From positions 33,597 to 97,596 of the forward strand of contig CAZPGZ010000007.1 in the NCBI GenBank assembly GCA_964586075.1: a stretch of 64,000 bases of DNA, given 5' to 3'. The position numbers and the translations under genes are program-made. Source of the stretch: an uncultured Nitrospiraceae bacterium (GTDB taxonomy: Bacteria; Nitrospirota; UBA9217). Positions 10,527 to 19,341 of the stretch are shown here, piece after piece. The notes below the pieces were generated by a model. That model saw nothing but the letters and a program-made list of their open reading frames with translations, did no database searches and was not told the origin of the DNA. How positions within the stretch are numbered: the stretch's first letter is position 1; each line of letters opens with the position of its first letter.

Positions 10527-11429
10527 ATGTTTACCCAGCAGCTTATCAACGGGCTCGCTTTAGGCGCAGTCTATGCTCTCATAGCGCTCGGTTACACCAT
10601 GGTTTACGGCATTCTCCAGCTCATTAATTTTGCTCATGGTGAAGTATATATGCTCGGTGCGTACGTGGGCATTATCATGCTGGGTGTGCTGACTGCGCTG
10701 GGATTGCCCGCCTTTAGTTTGCCGCTTTCGATTGCAATCGCTATCCTTGCCGCCATGTTTTTTTGCGCTTCCTACGGAGCCGTGATCGAACGGGTTGCAT
10801 ACCGTCCTCTCCGAAATGCAGCTAAACTTGCACCGCTCATCAGCGCCGTTGGCGTCTCAATAGTTCTTCAGAATGTTGTAATGCTTGCTCAGGGAAAAGA
10901 ATATAAAAACCTTCCTCCCATGCTCCCTTCAGAAGGGATGAATGTTTTCGGCGCCAATTTGTCCCCGGTACAAATATTCATTCTGGTCGCTTCCATTCTG
11001 GTCATGACAGCTCTCCATTTTTTCATTACGAAAACAAGGTTGGGAAAGGCGATGCGTGCTACATCCCAGGACCGCATGATGGCGGGGCTGGTCGGCATCG
11101 ATATCAATCGGATCATTTCTGTTACGTTTATGATCGGTTCCGCGCTTGCCGCGGTGGGCGGTGTTATGGTGATGCTGTACTATGGCGTTGTACATTTTTT
11201 TATGGGCTATATCGCGGGGGTCAAGGCATTTACTGCCGCCGTGCTGGGGGGGATCGGCAGCATTCCCGGGGCGATGCTCGGTGGATTTATGCTGGGACTT
11301 ATTGAAAATTTTGGTGCAAGTTATCTGTCAAGCGTCTATAAAGATGCTTTTGCATTTATTGTTCTTATTATTACCCTGATCATTCGCCCTTCAGGTCTCC
11401 TCGGAGAGAAAAACGTGGACAAAGTATAA
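10527..11429 (+). CDS. livH: Branched-chain amino acid ABC transporter permease
   Basis: QQLINGLALGAVYALIALGYTMVYGIL.LINFAHGE, GKAMRATSQD, KAFTAAVLGGIGSIPGA. Confidence 0.93.
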   Translation: MFTQQLINGLALGAVYALIALGYTMVYGILQLINFAHGEVYMLGAYVGIIMLGVLTALGLPAFSLPLSIAIAILAAMFFCASYGAVIERVAYRPLRNAAKLAPLISAVGVSIVLQNVVMLAQGKEYKNLPPMLPSEGMNVFGANLSPVQIFILVASILVMTALHFFITKTRLGKAMRATSQDRMMAGLVGIDINRIISVTFMIGSALAAVGGVMVMLYYGVVHFFMGYIAGVKAFTAAVLGGIGSIPGAMLGGFMLGLIENFGASYLSSVYKDAFAFIVLIITLIIRPSGLLGEKNVDKV

Positions 11430-11472
11430 TCCTGTGCGTTAGTCAGCATTGAGGCGTTTGGTTTCATGGTTT

Positions 11473-12252
11473 TCAAGTTTCAAGCAGGGACTTGATGTCC
11501 GTTAGTTTTTCCTCTGCAGCTTTTTTACCCCGCCGGAGCAGTTCTTTCGGTTTTGAAAGATCATGCAAGGCAATTCCCTTGGCATTGATCTGAATAACGG
11601 CGTCCGCCAGTTTTTCCTCTTCTCGTGCGTTTTTGGCTGCCCAAAGAGCCGACAGGTGCATGGCAATTGTAAAGATCGTGTCATACTGCTCTAATTCCAG
11701 GGCTTTATAATTAACATTCACCGCAATGACTTTGTCCGCGCCTAATTCCTCGCGCACCGTTCTGACCGGGACCAAGCTTGCCACGCCTCCGTCGATTAAC
11801 ATCCTTTTGTTGATTTCCGTGGGAGTAAAGATAATTGGCAGGCTGCAGCTTGCCTGGACAGCTTTTGCCAGAGAGCCGCTGGTAATGCTGACTTTCTCTC
11901 CGGTGTGAAGATCAGCAGCGACGGCGGCAAAAGGAACGGTCAGGGAAGAAAAGTTCTTGACCGGCAGTATCCGCTCCATAAAATGAAAAATTCCTTCGCT
12001 GGACACAAAGCCTTTTTTGGGAAGAGTAAATTTCAGCAGGTTGTTCCAATTTGTTTTGAGTGCGATGCGCCTGATTTCAGGAATCGGCATGCCGGCGGCA
12101 TACAAGGCGCCGATCATGCTGCCGACGCTGGTACCTGCGATCGCACGAATGGGGATATTTTGACGTTCCAAAACGTCCAAAACTGCAATATGCGCTATGC
12201 CGCGTGCGGCCCCTCCGGAGAGCGCCAGCCCGAGTCCTGAGTATTCTCTCAT
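11473..12252 (-). CDS. Patatin-like phospholipase
   Basis: GGAARG oxyanion loop, GTSVG nucleophile, DGG catalytic Asp. Confidence 0.9.
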   Translation of the reverse strand: MREYSGLGLALSGGAARGIAHIAVLDVLERQNIPIRAIAGTSVGSMIGALYAAGMPIPEIRRIALKTNWNNLLKFTLPKKGFVSSEGIFHFMERILPVKNFSSLTVPFAAVAADLHTGEKVSITSGSLAKAVQASCSLPIIFTPTEINKRMLIDGGVASLVPVRTVREELGADKVIAVNVNYKALELEQYDTIFTIAMHLSALWAAKNAREEEKLADAVIQINAKGIALHDLSKPKELLRRGKKAAEEKLTDIKSLLET

Positions 12253-12325
12253 TGCCCTGCAACTCCGGTTTAGCCTCTGCTGCTGTAGTTGATATGCTGC
12301 ATGATGGATAGAAAATCATGCATCT

Positions 12326-12928
12326 CTATTTCCCGGGAAACTTTTTCATTGCATGTTTAAGATGCATGCTCATGTCTTCGAAGGCATGAAGCATATCAAG
12401 ATACGTCGAAGATGCCAATGAGCAGCATTTTGCGTTTATAAGACGCACTTCATGCAAAGTTGAAAATTCGATGGTCATACGGCCGATTGCATCGCTTACG
12501 GCAATAACGCTTTCTATGATTGCCTTTTCTCCGGTTACTGCTGCATCACCTGCTTTTTTGAGAGCATCCTGAACGCTTGCGAACAATTGTTGAGCTTCGG
12601 TGATGGCTTTATCGGTAAATAACACACTTCCTTTAATCCGCTTGCGGATATTTTCAATAAGGCGCATGGTGCTGGTTGCTATGCTTTTGATATGTGAGGG
12701 GACAACCAGCAGAGACCGCGCTTCTTCGTTTGTTGCCGCCATTTTTGCGAGAGACGCAATAATCTGCACTTCTTTCGTCTGGATTTCCTGTGCGAGTTCA
12801 TCTGCCTGGCTTAAGGATGAAAGTTTATTTTTTGAAAACGCATCTTCCGCAAGGCCTACGAGTTCCCGTACTTTGTGCAATGTCAGGTACATATCATGCT
12901 TGATGTCTTTCAAACTTTGCTCCGTCAT
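12326..12928 (-). CDS. Stand-alone PhoU-domain protein
   Basis: All-helical, two PhoU-like repeats; HEVRLINAKCCSLASSTYLDMLHAFE resembles the C-terminal PhoU domain of Na/Pi cotransporters. Confidence 0.65.
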   Translation of the reverse strand: MTEQSLKDIKHDMYLTLHKVRELVGLAEDAFSKNKLSSLSQADELAQEIQTKEVQIIASLAKMAATNEEARSLLVVPSHIKSIATSTMRLIENIRKRIKGSVLFTDKAITEAQQLFASVQDALKKAGDAAVTGEKAIIESVIAVSDAIGRMTIEFSTLHEVRLINAKCCSLASSTYLDMLHAFEDMSMHLKHAMKKFPGK

Positions 12929-13040
12929 GAATACATCCTCCTTCGTTTAACGTAACGGTAATAGAAATGCTGGCGTGTAAGTATACAGCAGAAAATCTGT
13001 GTTATTTTAACATATTTTGATTATTTTCACAGGTTTTTTC

Positions 13041-13069
13041 TTGACTTCAGCAAAAGCCGCTGGTATAAC
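13041..13069 (+). promoter_or_regulatory. Putative sigma70 promoter of MgtE-N/NRAMP operon
   Basis: TTGACT (13041-13046), 17 nt, TATAAC (13064-13069). Confidence 0.6.
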
Positions 13070-13106
13070 CTGAACTATATCCATATCTCCTGTTTTGGAG
13101 CTGGTC

Positions 13107-14372
13107 ATGCCTTTTTTTGCCGGAGAAATATACGTTAGTGACGTTCATAAGAAGCCGGTGCTTGATCAGACTGGAGAGGAAATTGGAAGACTCAAAGACA
13201 TTGTTGTGGGTATTGGCGAACCATTCCCTGCCGTTACCTTTCTTGTCGTCGCCTCTGGCACCAACCTGTACCTTCTTCCCTGGGACCGCATCAATCTTTT
13301 CAGCAAACGCGTTATTACGGCTAATCTTCGGGCAAATGACCTTACGGCGGCTTCACCCTCATCAAATGATATTTTGATCTGTCGGGATCTTCTGGATAAG
13401 CAGATAGTAGATATCAACGGCGCCAAATTGGTACGGGTCAATGATCTGGAACTAGGAGATGTAAACGGGAAGCTCTGTCTTGTTGCAGCAGACATCGGTC
13501 TGAGAGGCTTGTTGCGCCGAGTTGGCATTGAGACGAAAGGCGAAAAAACCCTTTCCTTTTTTAAATATAAGCTGCCGCATAAGCTTATCTCCTGGCACTA
13601 TGTTCAAACCATCGAACCGAATGTGACCCGGCTTACCCTTACGGTCTCCGGCAAAAAGGTTTCCAGCATGCATCCCGCCGACCTTGCAGAAATCATCAGC
13701 GAAGTGTCCCAGAAGGAACGTACCGCCATATTCGGTACGCTCGATGTTGACACGGCGGCCGAAGCCCTGCATGAACTGGAACCGCGCGTTCAGGTGGACA
13801 TCATCGACGATATGTCCAAAGAGAGGGCGTCAGACATTCTCGAACGCATGCCGCCCGACGAAGCAGCAGACGTACTCGGAGATCTGCCGGAAGCCAAAGC
13901 ACAGGAACTTATTAATCTCATGGAGAAGGAAGAGGCAGAGGACGTGCAGGAACTTCTGGAACATGAAGAGGACACTGCGGGTGGTCTTATGACCACTGAG
14001 TATCTCGCCTATCCTCCGGACATGACCGTGGAGGAAGCAATCAAAGAACTGCGGCTTGAAGCTCCGAACGTTGAAACCATTTACTATCTCTATGTTCTGG
14101 ACGATGAAGAAAAAATTATAGGAGTATTGTCTCTTAAACACCTGATCCTTGCTTCACCGCATACGCTTCTGGGCGACATTATGATTACGCCTCCGAAAAC
14201 ACTTCCACTTGATGCGGCAAAAAAGGACGTAGCTGAGTTTATTTCCAAGTATAATCTTCTTGCTGCACCGGTTGTTGATGATGACATGATTATGAAAGGG
14301 ATTGTGACCGTGGACGACGTTCTTGATTTTCTCCTGCCGCCGGCATCAAGAAAGAAGCGAAGAAAGTTATAA
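13107..14372 (+). CDS. PRC-barrel + MgtE N-terminal + CBS-pair protein (no transmembrane domain)
   Basis: DLLDKQIVDINGAKLVRVNDL (PRC), MHPADLAEII...MPPDEAADVLGDL (MgtE_N), EDTAGGLMTTEYL and two CBS domains; ends with basic tail RKKRRKL. ATG 13107 follows GGAG. Confidence 0.88.
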   Translation: MPFFAGEIYVSDVHKKPVLDQTGEEIGRLKDIVVGIGEPFPAVTFLVVASGTNLYLLPWDRINLFSKRVITANLRANDLTAASPSSNDILICRDLLDKQIVDINGAKLVRVNDLELGDVNGKLCLVAADIGLRGLLRRVGIETKGEKTLSFFKYKLPHKLISWHYVQTIEPNVTRLTLTVSGKKVSSMHPADLAEIISEVSQKERTAIFGTLDVDTAAEALHELEPRVQVDIIDDMSKERASDILERMPPDEAADVLGDLPEAKAQELINLMEKEEAEDVQELLEHEEDTAGGLMTTEYLAYPPDMTVEEAIKELRLEAPNVETIYYLYVLDDEEKIIGVLSLKHLILASPHTLLGDIMITPPKTLPLDAAKKDVAEFISKYNLLAAPVVDDDMIMKGIVTVDDVLDFLLPPASRKKRRKL

Positions 14373-14435
14373 CTCTTCGGCGTCGGGGAGCCTGCCTCTG
14401 GCTGGTCAATCGACTTTTTTTATCTTGTTTTCCAC

Positions 14436-15719
14436 ATGCCTCAAGAATACTTGATAGATAGGAACTATGCAGTGGTGTTTGCACGAATAAAAAGTTTTTT
14501 TTCGAATAACAAATTATTTACCATGCTCGCAATCATCGGGCCCGGTTTTATTGCTGGAAACGCCGGGAACGATGCAGGCGGTATTGCAACCTATTCCATC
14601 GTGGGCGCCCGCGAAGGCTATGGCTTGTTATGGGCGTTGCTTCTTATTACTATTGCTCTGGCAGTAGTTCAGGAAATGTCTTCCCGCATGGGTGTCGTGA
14701 CGGGAAAGGGATTCGGCGATCTTGTGCGTGAACACTTCGGCGTCAAATTGACGCTAGCCGTCATGGCGCTTTTGATTGTCGCCAATCTTACGGTCACTAT
14801 TGCGGAATTCGCCGGGATTGCCGCGAGCATGGAGCTATTCGGGGTGCATAAGTATATTTCCGTGCCCATTTCTGCGTTTATTGTCTGGTTTGTGGTGCTG
14901 AAGGGGAATTTTAAACAGGTGGAACGGTTCCTGATTCTGATTAGCTTCATTTATTTGACCTATGTTTTGTCTGGATTCATGGCAAATCCGCCCTGGCAGG
15001 AAGTGGCAAGACAAATTGTTTTGCCGCACGTCAAGTTTGACAAAGATTATTTTCTGCTGTTCATTACCATGGTGGGGACGACAATTACGCCGTATATGCA
15101 GTTCTACCTTCAATCAGCCGTTGTCGACAAGGGGGTCCGGATCGAAGACTACAAATTTGCCCGTCTTGATGCATATGCCGGTTCGATCATGACCGTATTT
15201 ATTGCATTTTTTATTGTTCTTGCCACCGGAACCTTGCTGCATCCGGCAGGAGTGGTCGTTGATTCCGCTGAAGATGCCGCCCGCGCTCTAGAACCGCTTG
15301 CCGGCAATTTTGCATCCCAACTCTTTGCTGTCGGACTGCTGAACGCATCATTTCTGGCTGCGTTTGTCCTGCCGCTGGCTACGGCCTATGGTCTGTCCGA
15401 GGCGTTCGGATGGGAATCGGGCATTAACAAATCTTTCAAGGAAGCACCGCAGTTTCTCGGGTTCTATACCGCTTTTATTGTCATTGGTGCCGGAGTAATT
15501 ATGATCCCCGATGTGCCGTTGATCAGGATCATGTTCTTGTCGCAGACAATAAACGGTATCCTTTTGCCCATTGTCCTTATTATTATGCTGCAATTAATCA
15601 ACAATCGGGAAATCATGGGAGAATATGTCAATTCAAAACGAATGAATGTAATCGCCTGGATAACTGTTGCAACCCTTATTCTCCTGACGGTTATGCTCCT
15701 CATTGCAAGTTTCTTATAG
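14436..15719 (+). CDS. NRAMP-family divalent cation transporter (NRAMP-related Mg2+ transporter type)
   Basis: GPGFIAGNAGNDAGGIATYS, QEMSSRMGVVTGKG, GTTITPYMQFY; about 11 hydrophobic segments; canonical DPGN/MPH motifs absent. Confidence 0.88.
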   Translation: MPQEYLIDRNYAVVFARIKSFFSNNKLFTMLAIIGPGFIAGNAGNDAGGIATYSIVGAREGYGLLWALLLITIALAVVQEMSSRMGVVTGKGFGDLVREHFGVKLTLAVMALLIVANLTVTIAEFAGIAASMELFGVHKYISVPISAFIVWFVVLKGNFKQVERFLILISFIYLTYVLSGFMANPPWQEVARQIVLPHVKFDKDYFLLFITMVGTTITPYMQFYLQSAVVDKGVRIEDYKFARLDAYAGSIMTVFIAFFIVLATGTLLHPAGVVVDSAEDAARALEPLAGNFASQLFAVGLLNASFLAAFVLPLATAYGLSEAFGWESGINKSFKEAPQFLGFYTAFIVIGAGVIMIPDVPLIRIMFLSQTINGILLPIVLIIMLQLINNREIMGEYVNSKRMNVIAWITVATLILLTVMLLIASFL

Positions 15720-15730
15720 CTCTCATTACT

Positions 15731-16423
15731 CTATGATTCGTAGAGTATGGGATCCTTAACACCGGCTTCTTTGAACCCTTTTAAACGCAACACGCAGCTC
15801 TCGCATGTGCCGCATGCCTTTTCGCTGTTTTGGTAACAGCTCCAGGTAAGATGCAGCGGTGCGCCACGTGATGCGCCTGTCGTGACTATTTCCGATTTTT
15901 TCATGTGGATGAGAGGTGTAATAATGTCAATCTTGGTTTCCGGTTTGGTGCCGGTCTCGATGACTTTGGTGAATGCTTGATAGAATATTTCCCGACAATC
16001 AGGATATCCCGAACTGTCTTCTTCAACAGCACCGATGAATATTGCATTGGCACCGATAACCTCCGCCCATGACACCGCAATGGACAGGAGGTGTGCGTTT
16101 CGGAAGGGAACGTAGGTCACCGGGATTGCAGTTTTTTGATTTTGCAGCGCAGCATGCTGAATGGTTGCCTCCGGAACGGAAATATTTGTGTCAGTGAGCG
16201 CCGACCCGCCAATTACTTTTAAATGCTCAATGTTCACGATGAGCCGTTTTTCAGCCTTATAAAAATCCGCAATCTCGTTAAACGCGCGCAATTCGCGGGC
16301 CTCTGTTCTTTGACCGTAATTGATATGCAGAAAGGCTGTTCGGTATCGTTCATGCGCAATTGCCGCCGCAACGCAGCTGTCCATGCCGCCGCTGACCAAA
16401 ATGATGGCAAGATCCTTTTTCAT
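15731..16423 (-). CDS. queC: 7-cyano-7-deazaguanine synthase
   Basis: SGGMDS, YGQRT..RE, TYVPFRNAHLLS, GYPDCR, TWSCY....ACGTCESC.LR. Confidence 0.96.
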   Translation of the reverse strand: MKKDLAIILVSGGMDSCVAAAIAHERYRTAFLHINYGQRTEARELRAFNEIADFYKAEKRLIVNIEHLKVIGGSALTDTNISVPEATIQHAALQNQKTAIPVTYVPFRNAHLLSIAVSWAEVIGANAIFIGAVEEDSSGYPDCREIFYQAFTKVIETGTKPETKIDIITPLIHMKKSEIVTTGASRGAPLHLTWSCYQNSEKACGTCESCVLRLKGFKEAGVKDPILYES

Positions 16424-16429
16424 GTTCCA

Positions 16430-16438
16430 AGTGTACCA
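16430..16438 (-). promoter_or_regulatory. Extended -10 element positioned for a leaderless queC transcript
   Basis: TGG-TACACT followed by exactly 6 nt (TGGAAC) and then the ATG at 16423; no SD sequence. Confidence 0.5.
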
Positions 16439-16625
16439 GCCTAGAGATCAAAATTCCACTGCTTTTTCCTTGAGGCTGAAAATCATTAGACTTTTATGTT
16501 TATCTGGGATATTCTTTCTTTGCGGATTGAAGAGAGTGTTTCAGTTGCAATATGAGTCTCACATGCTTTCTAAAAAACTGTTTTTTGAGTTCACCAGAAA
16601 TATAAGCGCAAGAAAGGACGTGATT

Positions 16626-17147
16626 ATGGAAGCAGCATTAAATCGAAAAGTTTTTGAAGATTTGAGCTATGGGTTGTATATCGTTTCTTCTTTTAATGCA
16701 GATCGTCTGAATGGGCAGATTATCAATGCCGCCATTCAGGTTACATCCGATCCGCCAAGAGTAGCAGTGATCATTAATAAAAAAAATCTGACTCATGAAT
16801 ATATTCTCACGAGCAAGGCATTTGCCATATCCGTACTGGAGGAAACAGCACCCCTTACTTTTTTCGGTCCTTTTGGTTTTCGATCCGGCAGGGACATTAA
16901 TAAATTTGCCAAAGTTCAATTTAAAAAAGGAACTACCGGTTGCCCTCTGGTCATCGAACATACCCTTTCTGTTCTGGAGGCGAGGGTTATGGAACAAATT
17001 GATTTGGGGACACACACGATTTTTATCGGAGACACAGTGAGTTCTGAAGTCCTGAAGGACGGGAATCCACTTAGTTATCAATACTATCGTGAAATCTTGA
17101 AAGGGAAATCGTCCGCTAATAGCCCTACCTATATATCTGGAAACTAA
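16626..17147 (+). CDS. Flavin reductase-like FMN-binding protein
   Basis: LSYGLYIVSS...NGQIINAAIQVTSDPP, NKKNLTHEYI, FGFRSGRDINKF, DLGTHTIFIG. ATG 16626 follows AAGGA. Confidence 0.88.
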   Translation: MEAALNRKVFEDLSYGLYIVSSFNADRLNGQIINAAIQVTSDPPRVAVIINKKNLTHEYILTSKAFAISVLEETAPLTFFGPFGFRSGRDINKFAKVQFKKGTTGCPLVIEHTLSVLEARVMEQIDLGTHTIFIGDTVSSEVLKDGNPLSYQYYREILKGKSSANSPTYISGN

Positions 17148-17251
17148 TAGTGTGTGTGGCAGGAGAGATGATTGCTCGGGAAACAAAGTGAACCGGCTTT
17201 TTGTTTTGTGCGACCATTGTCGAATGCCTGTTTGCAATCACTATGACACTG

Positions 17252-17923
17252 TTAAGAAGTCAATTCGGCAAGCCGCTCAGCATTTTTTATGATAAATTTC
17301 CCGTCGCTGTCGGTTACCAATCCATCTTTTTTCAATTTGCTGAATGTTCTGATTGAAGTTTCAACAGTCGTACCGACCATATCCGCAATGTCCTGCTTGG
17401 TCAGCCGCATGTCGATCAACATTCCTTCGGTCGTTTTCACTCCAACCTTGTCTGACAATTTAAGAAGAAGGGACGCTATCCGCGCTTCCACTTTTTCAAG
17501 AGCGATATTTTTCAAAGAATCATGAGAATTTTTCATCCGGTCGCCGAGCCGAAGCGTGATGGAATACATGAAGTTTGGAAACTGATCAATGAGACGGGCC
17601 AGATCTTGCCTGGATATTTTGATTACCTCGGTGTCTTCCATCGCAACTGCATTGGCGGGGTAGGGAATATTTCGTAAAACAGCCACGCCGCCGAAGATAT
17701 CCTGGGGAGAAATGATTTCGAGGATCAGTTCCTTGCCTTCATTCGAAAGCTTGGTGATTTTGACTTTTCCCTTCACCACAATATAAAACCATTCCGGTAT
17801 GTCTCCTTCCGAAAAAATGTCTTCTTTTTTCCTAAACTCCGTTGTACTGAGGTGAGGTTGAAGCCCTCTTAGCTCTTTATCGGTCAGATTTTTAAAGAGG
17901 TCGATTTTTTTTAAATTTATCAT
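17252..17923 (-). CDS. Crp/Fnr family transcriptional regulator
   Basis: cNMP-binding fold (IFSEGD, GKVKITK, YPANAVA) plus HTH LTKQDIADMVGTTVETSIR. Confidence 0.92.
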   Translation of the reverse strand: MINLKKIDLFKNLTDKELRGLQPHLSTTEFRKKEDIFSEGDIPEWFYIVVKGKVKITKLSNEGKELILEIISPQDIFGGVAVLRNIPYPANAVAMEDTEVIKISRQDLARLIDQFPNFMYSITLRLGDRMKNSHDSLKNIALEKVEARIASLLLKLSDKVGVKTTEGMLIDMRLTKQDIADMVGTTVETSIRTFSKLKKDGLVTDSDGKFIIKNAERLAELTS

Positions 17924-17955
17924 TTGTTGTTTACCACAGGTTCTGCCTATATGGA

Positions 17956-18591
17956 TTATATGTCAGTAACTTTCTCATTTCGAATGTTGATTTCATCCTG
18001 CAGCAATTTGGTATAAATTTGAACCACCTGCTGTTCCGTAGAGTCTTGCGTCCCCGTATTGTCGATAACATAGTCTGCATATGCTCGTTTTTGTGCAAGA
18101 GGCATTTGGCTGCGTATTCGGGCTATGGCATGCGAGCGGGTAAGTCCATCACGTAGGAGAATACGTGCTATCTGTTGCTCTTCCTCGGCATATACGACGA
18201 CCGTTTTATCCATATTCCGGTAATAGCCAGTTTCAATAAGCAGGACGGCATCAAAGATGATTATCGCTGCGGGCTGGCGGTCGCGTATATGAGATACTTG
18301 GGCATGGAAGGAGTCAAAAACCTTTGGGTGCATACAACGATTAAGCCATGCCCTTTTTTCAGGATTGTTGAATACAATCTCTCCCAGTTTTCTGCGATCA
18401 ATGCATTTATCGGGGAGAAGGATTGCGGTTCCAAAATAATCTACCACTTCTTGGTTTGCAAGTTGACCGGGTTCTAAAAGCTCGTGTACAATCCGGTCGG
18501 CATCAATAAGATGTGTGCCGAGTCTTTTAAATATCCTGGCAACGAAGCTTTTCCCGCTCGCAATGCCGCCGGTTAATCCTACTATAAGCAT
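17956..18591 (-). CDS. coaE: Dephospho-CoA kinase
   Basis: GLTGGIASGKS, IDAD, DRRKLGEIVF, HPKV, SQMPL, DYVIDN. Confidence 0.95.
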   Translation of the reverse strand: MLIVGLTGGIASGKSFVARIFKRLGTHLIDADRIVHELLEPGQLANQEVVDYFGTAILLPDKCIDRRKLGEIVFNNPEKRAWLNRCMHPKVFDSFHAQVSHIRDRQPAAIIIFDAVLLIETGYYRNMDKTVVVYAEEEQQIARILLRDGLTRSHAIARIRSQMPLAQKRAYADYVIDNTGTQDSTEQQVVQIYTKLLQDEINIRNEKVTDI

Positions 18592-18660
18592 CGGTTTTCT
18601 CTTTCCATGTGCCCGGGCATTAAAAGGGACATTTTCCGGATGAATATAAGTTCGGCTTAT

Positions 18661-19341
18661 TTATGCCGTCCGTATTAAGGCGACTGCGGCATTGAATACC
18701 CAATAGAGCATCCGAAGGCTTTTTATTATACCATCGGTAAGAAAAACGAGGTAGTCCATTTTTTCAGCAAGATAAACATATACAAGGAGCGCGAAGAAAA
18801 AAATATTGAACAAATAAATAAGCGGGTAGGAGAAAAAAACACCGTATTCATGAATATCTGTTTGGTCAGTTTGGAGAAAGATAAAGGTTAGCACGAGGTG
18901 AAAAGCGAACGTGGAGCCGGATAAAAATACCAGCACAGCGATTACTGTGTCCTGAAGATTCGCGTTGCGTGCGAACCAGTACAGGATGAGCGCAAGAAAG
19001 GTATAAAGCGGAAAAAAGTAGGGAGCGAGTGTGATAATAAAATTCGATTTCGTTATAGTAACGCGTCCACCTCTGTTGCTTGCATGGATAGATTTGACGG
19101 ATCCGCCGAAAAGTACGGCAAAGAATGCATGGGTAAGCTCATGCCCCACAACATACGTGAGAATTGGCTTTTTAAAAAGGATATGAACAACCAGATATGC
19201 AAGGCAACCAGCTGCAAAATAATACGGAGTGTTCAATTTATATTGAACAGTTAGAAGAGTGGAACCAAACTGCCAGGTAAATCCGATACAAAATGGAACA
19301 AGTGCAATGCCAAGAACAATTTTGAGTATTTTTTTTGTCAT
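18661..19341 (-). CDS. Membrane protein with HExxH motif (peptidase M50B-like)
   Basis: VVGHELTHAFFA, GGRVT, ITLAPYFFP; multiple hydrophobic helices. Confidence 0.7.
   Translation of the reverse strand: MTKKILKIVLGIALVPFCIGFTWQFGSTLLTVQYKLNTPYYFAAGCLAYLVVHILFKKPILTYVVGHELTHAFFAVLFGGSVKSIHASNRGGRVTITKSNFIITLAPYFFPLYTFLALILYWFARNANLQDTVIAVLVFLSGSTFAFHLVLTFIFLQTDQTDIHEYGVFFSYPLIYLFNIFFFALLVYVYLAEKMDYLVFLTDGIIKSLRMLYWVFNAAVALIRTA

Noticed and set aside
13070-13106. M-box or yybP-ykoY riboswitch upstream of the Mg/NRAMP operon
   Set aside because: The predicted leader is about 30 nt, too short, and shows no consensus.
16320-16625. N-terminal extension of the flavin reductase ORF
   Set aside because: It overlaps queC on the opposite strand; an SD-preceded ATG at 16626 gives a typical domain start.
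17148-17240. Frameshifted rubredoxin remnant after the flavin reductase (SVCG...PVC in an alternate frame)
   Set aside because: Spacing is 26 residues instead of about 33, and the YxYDP/GD/LPxDW motifs are absent; probably chance.
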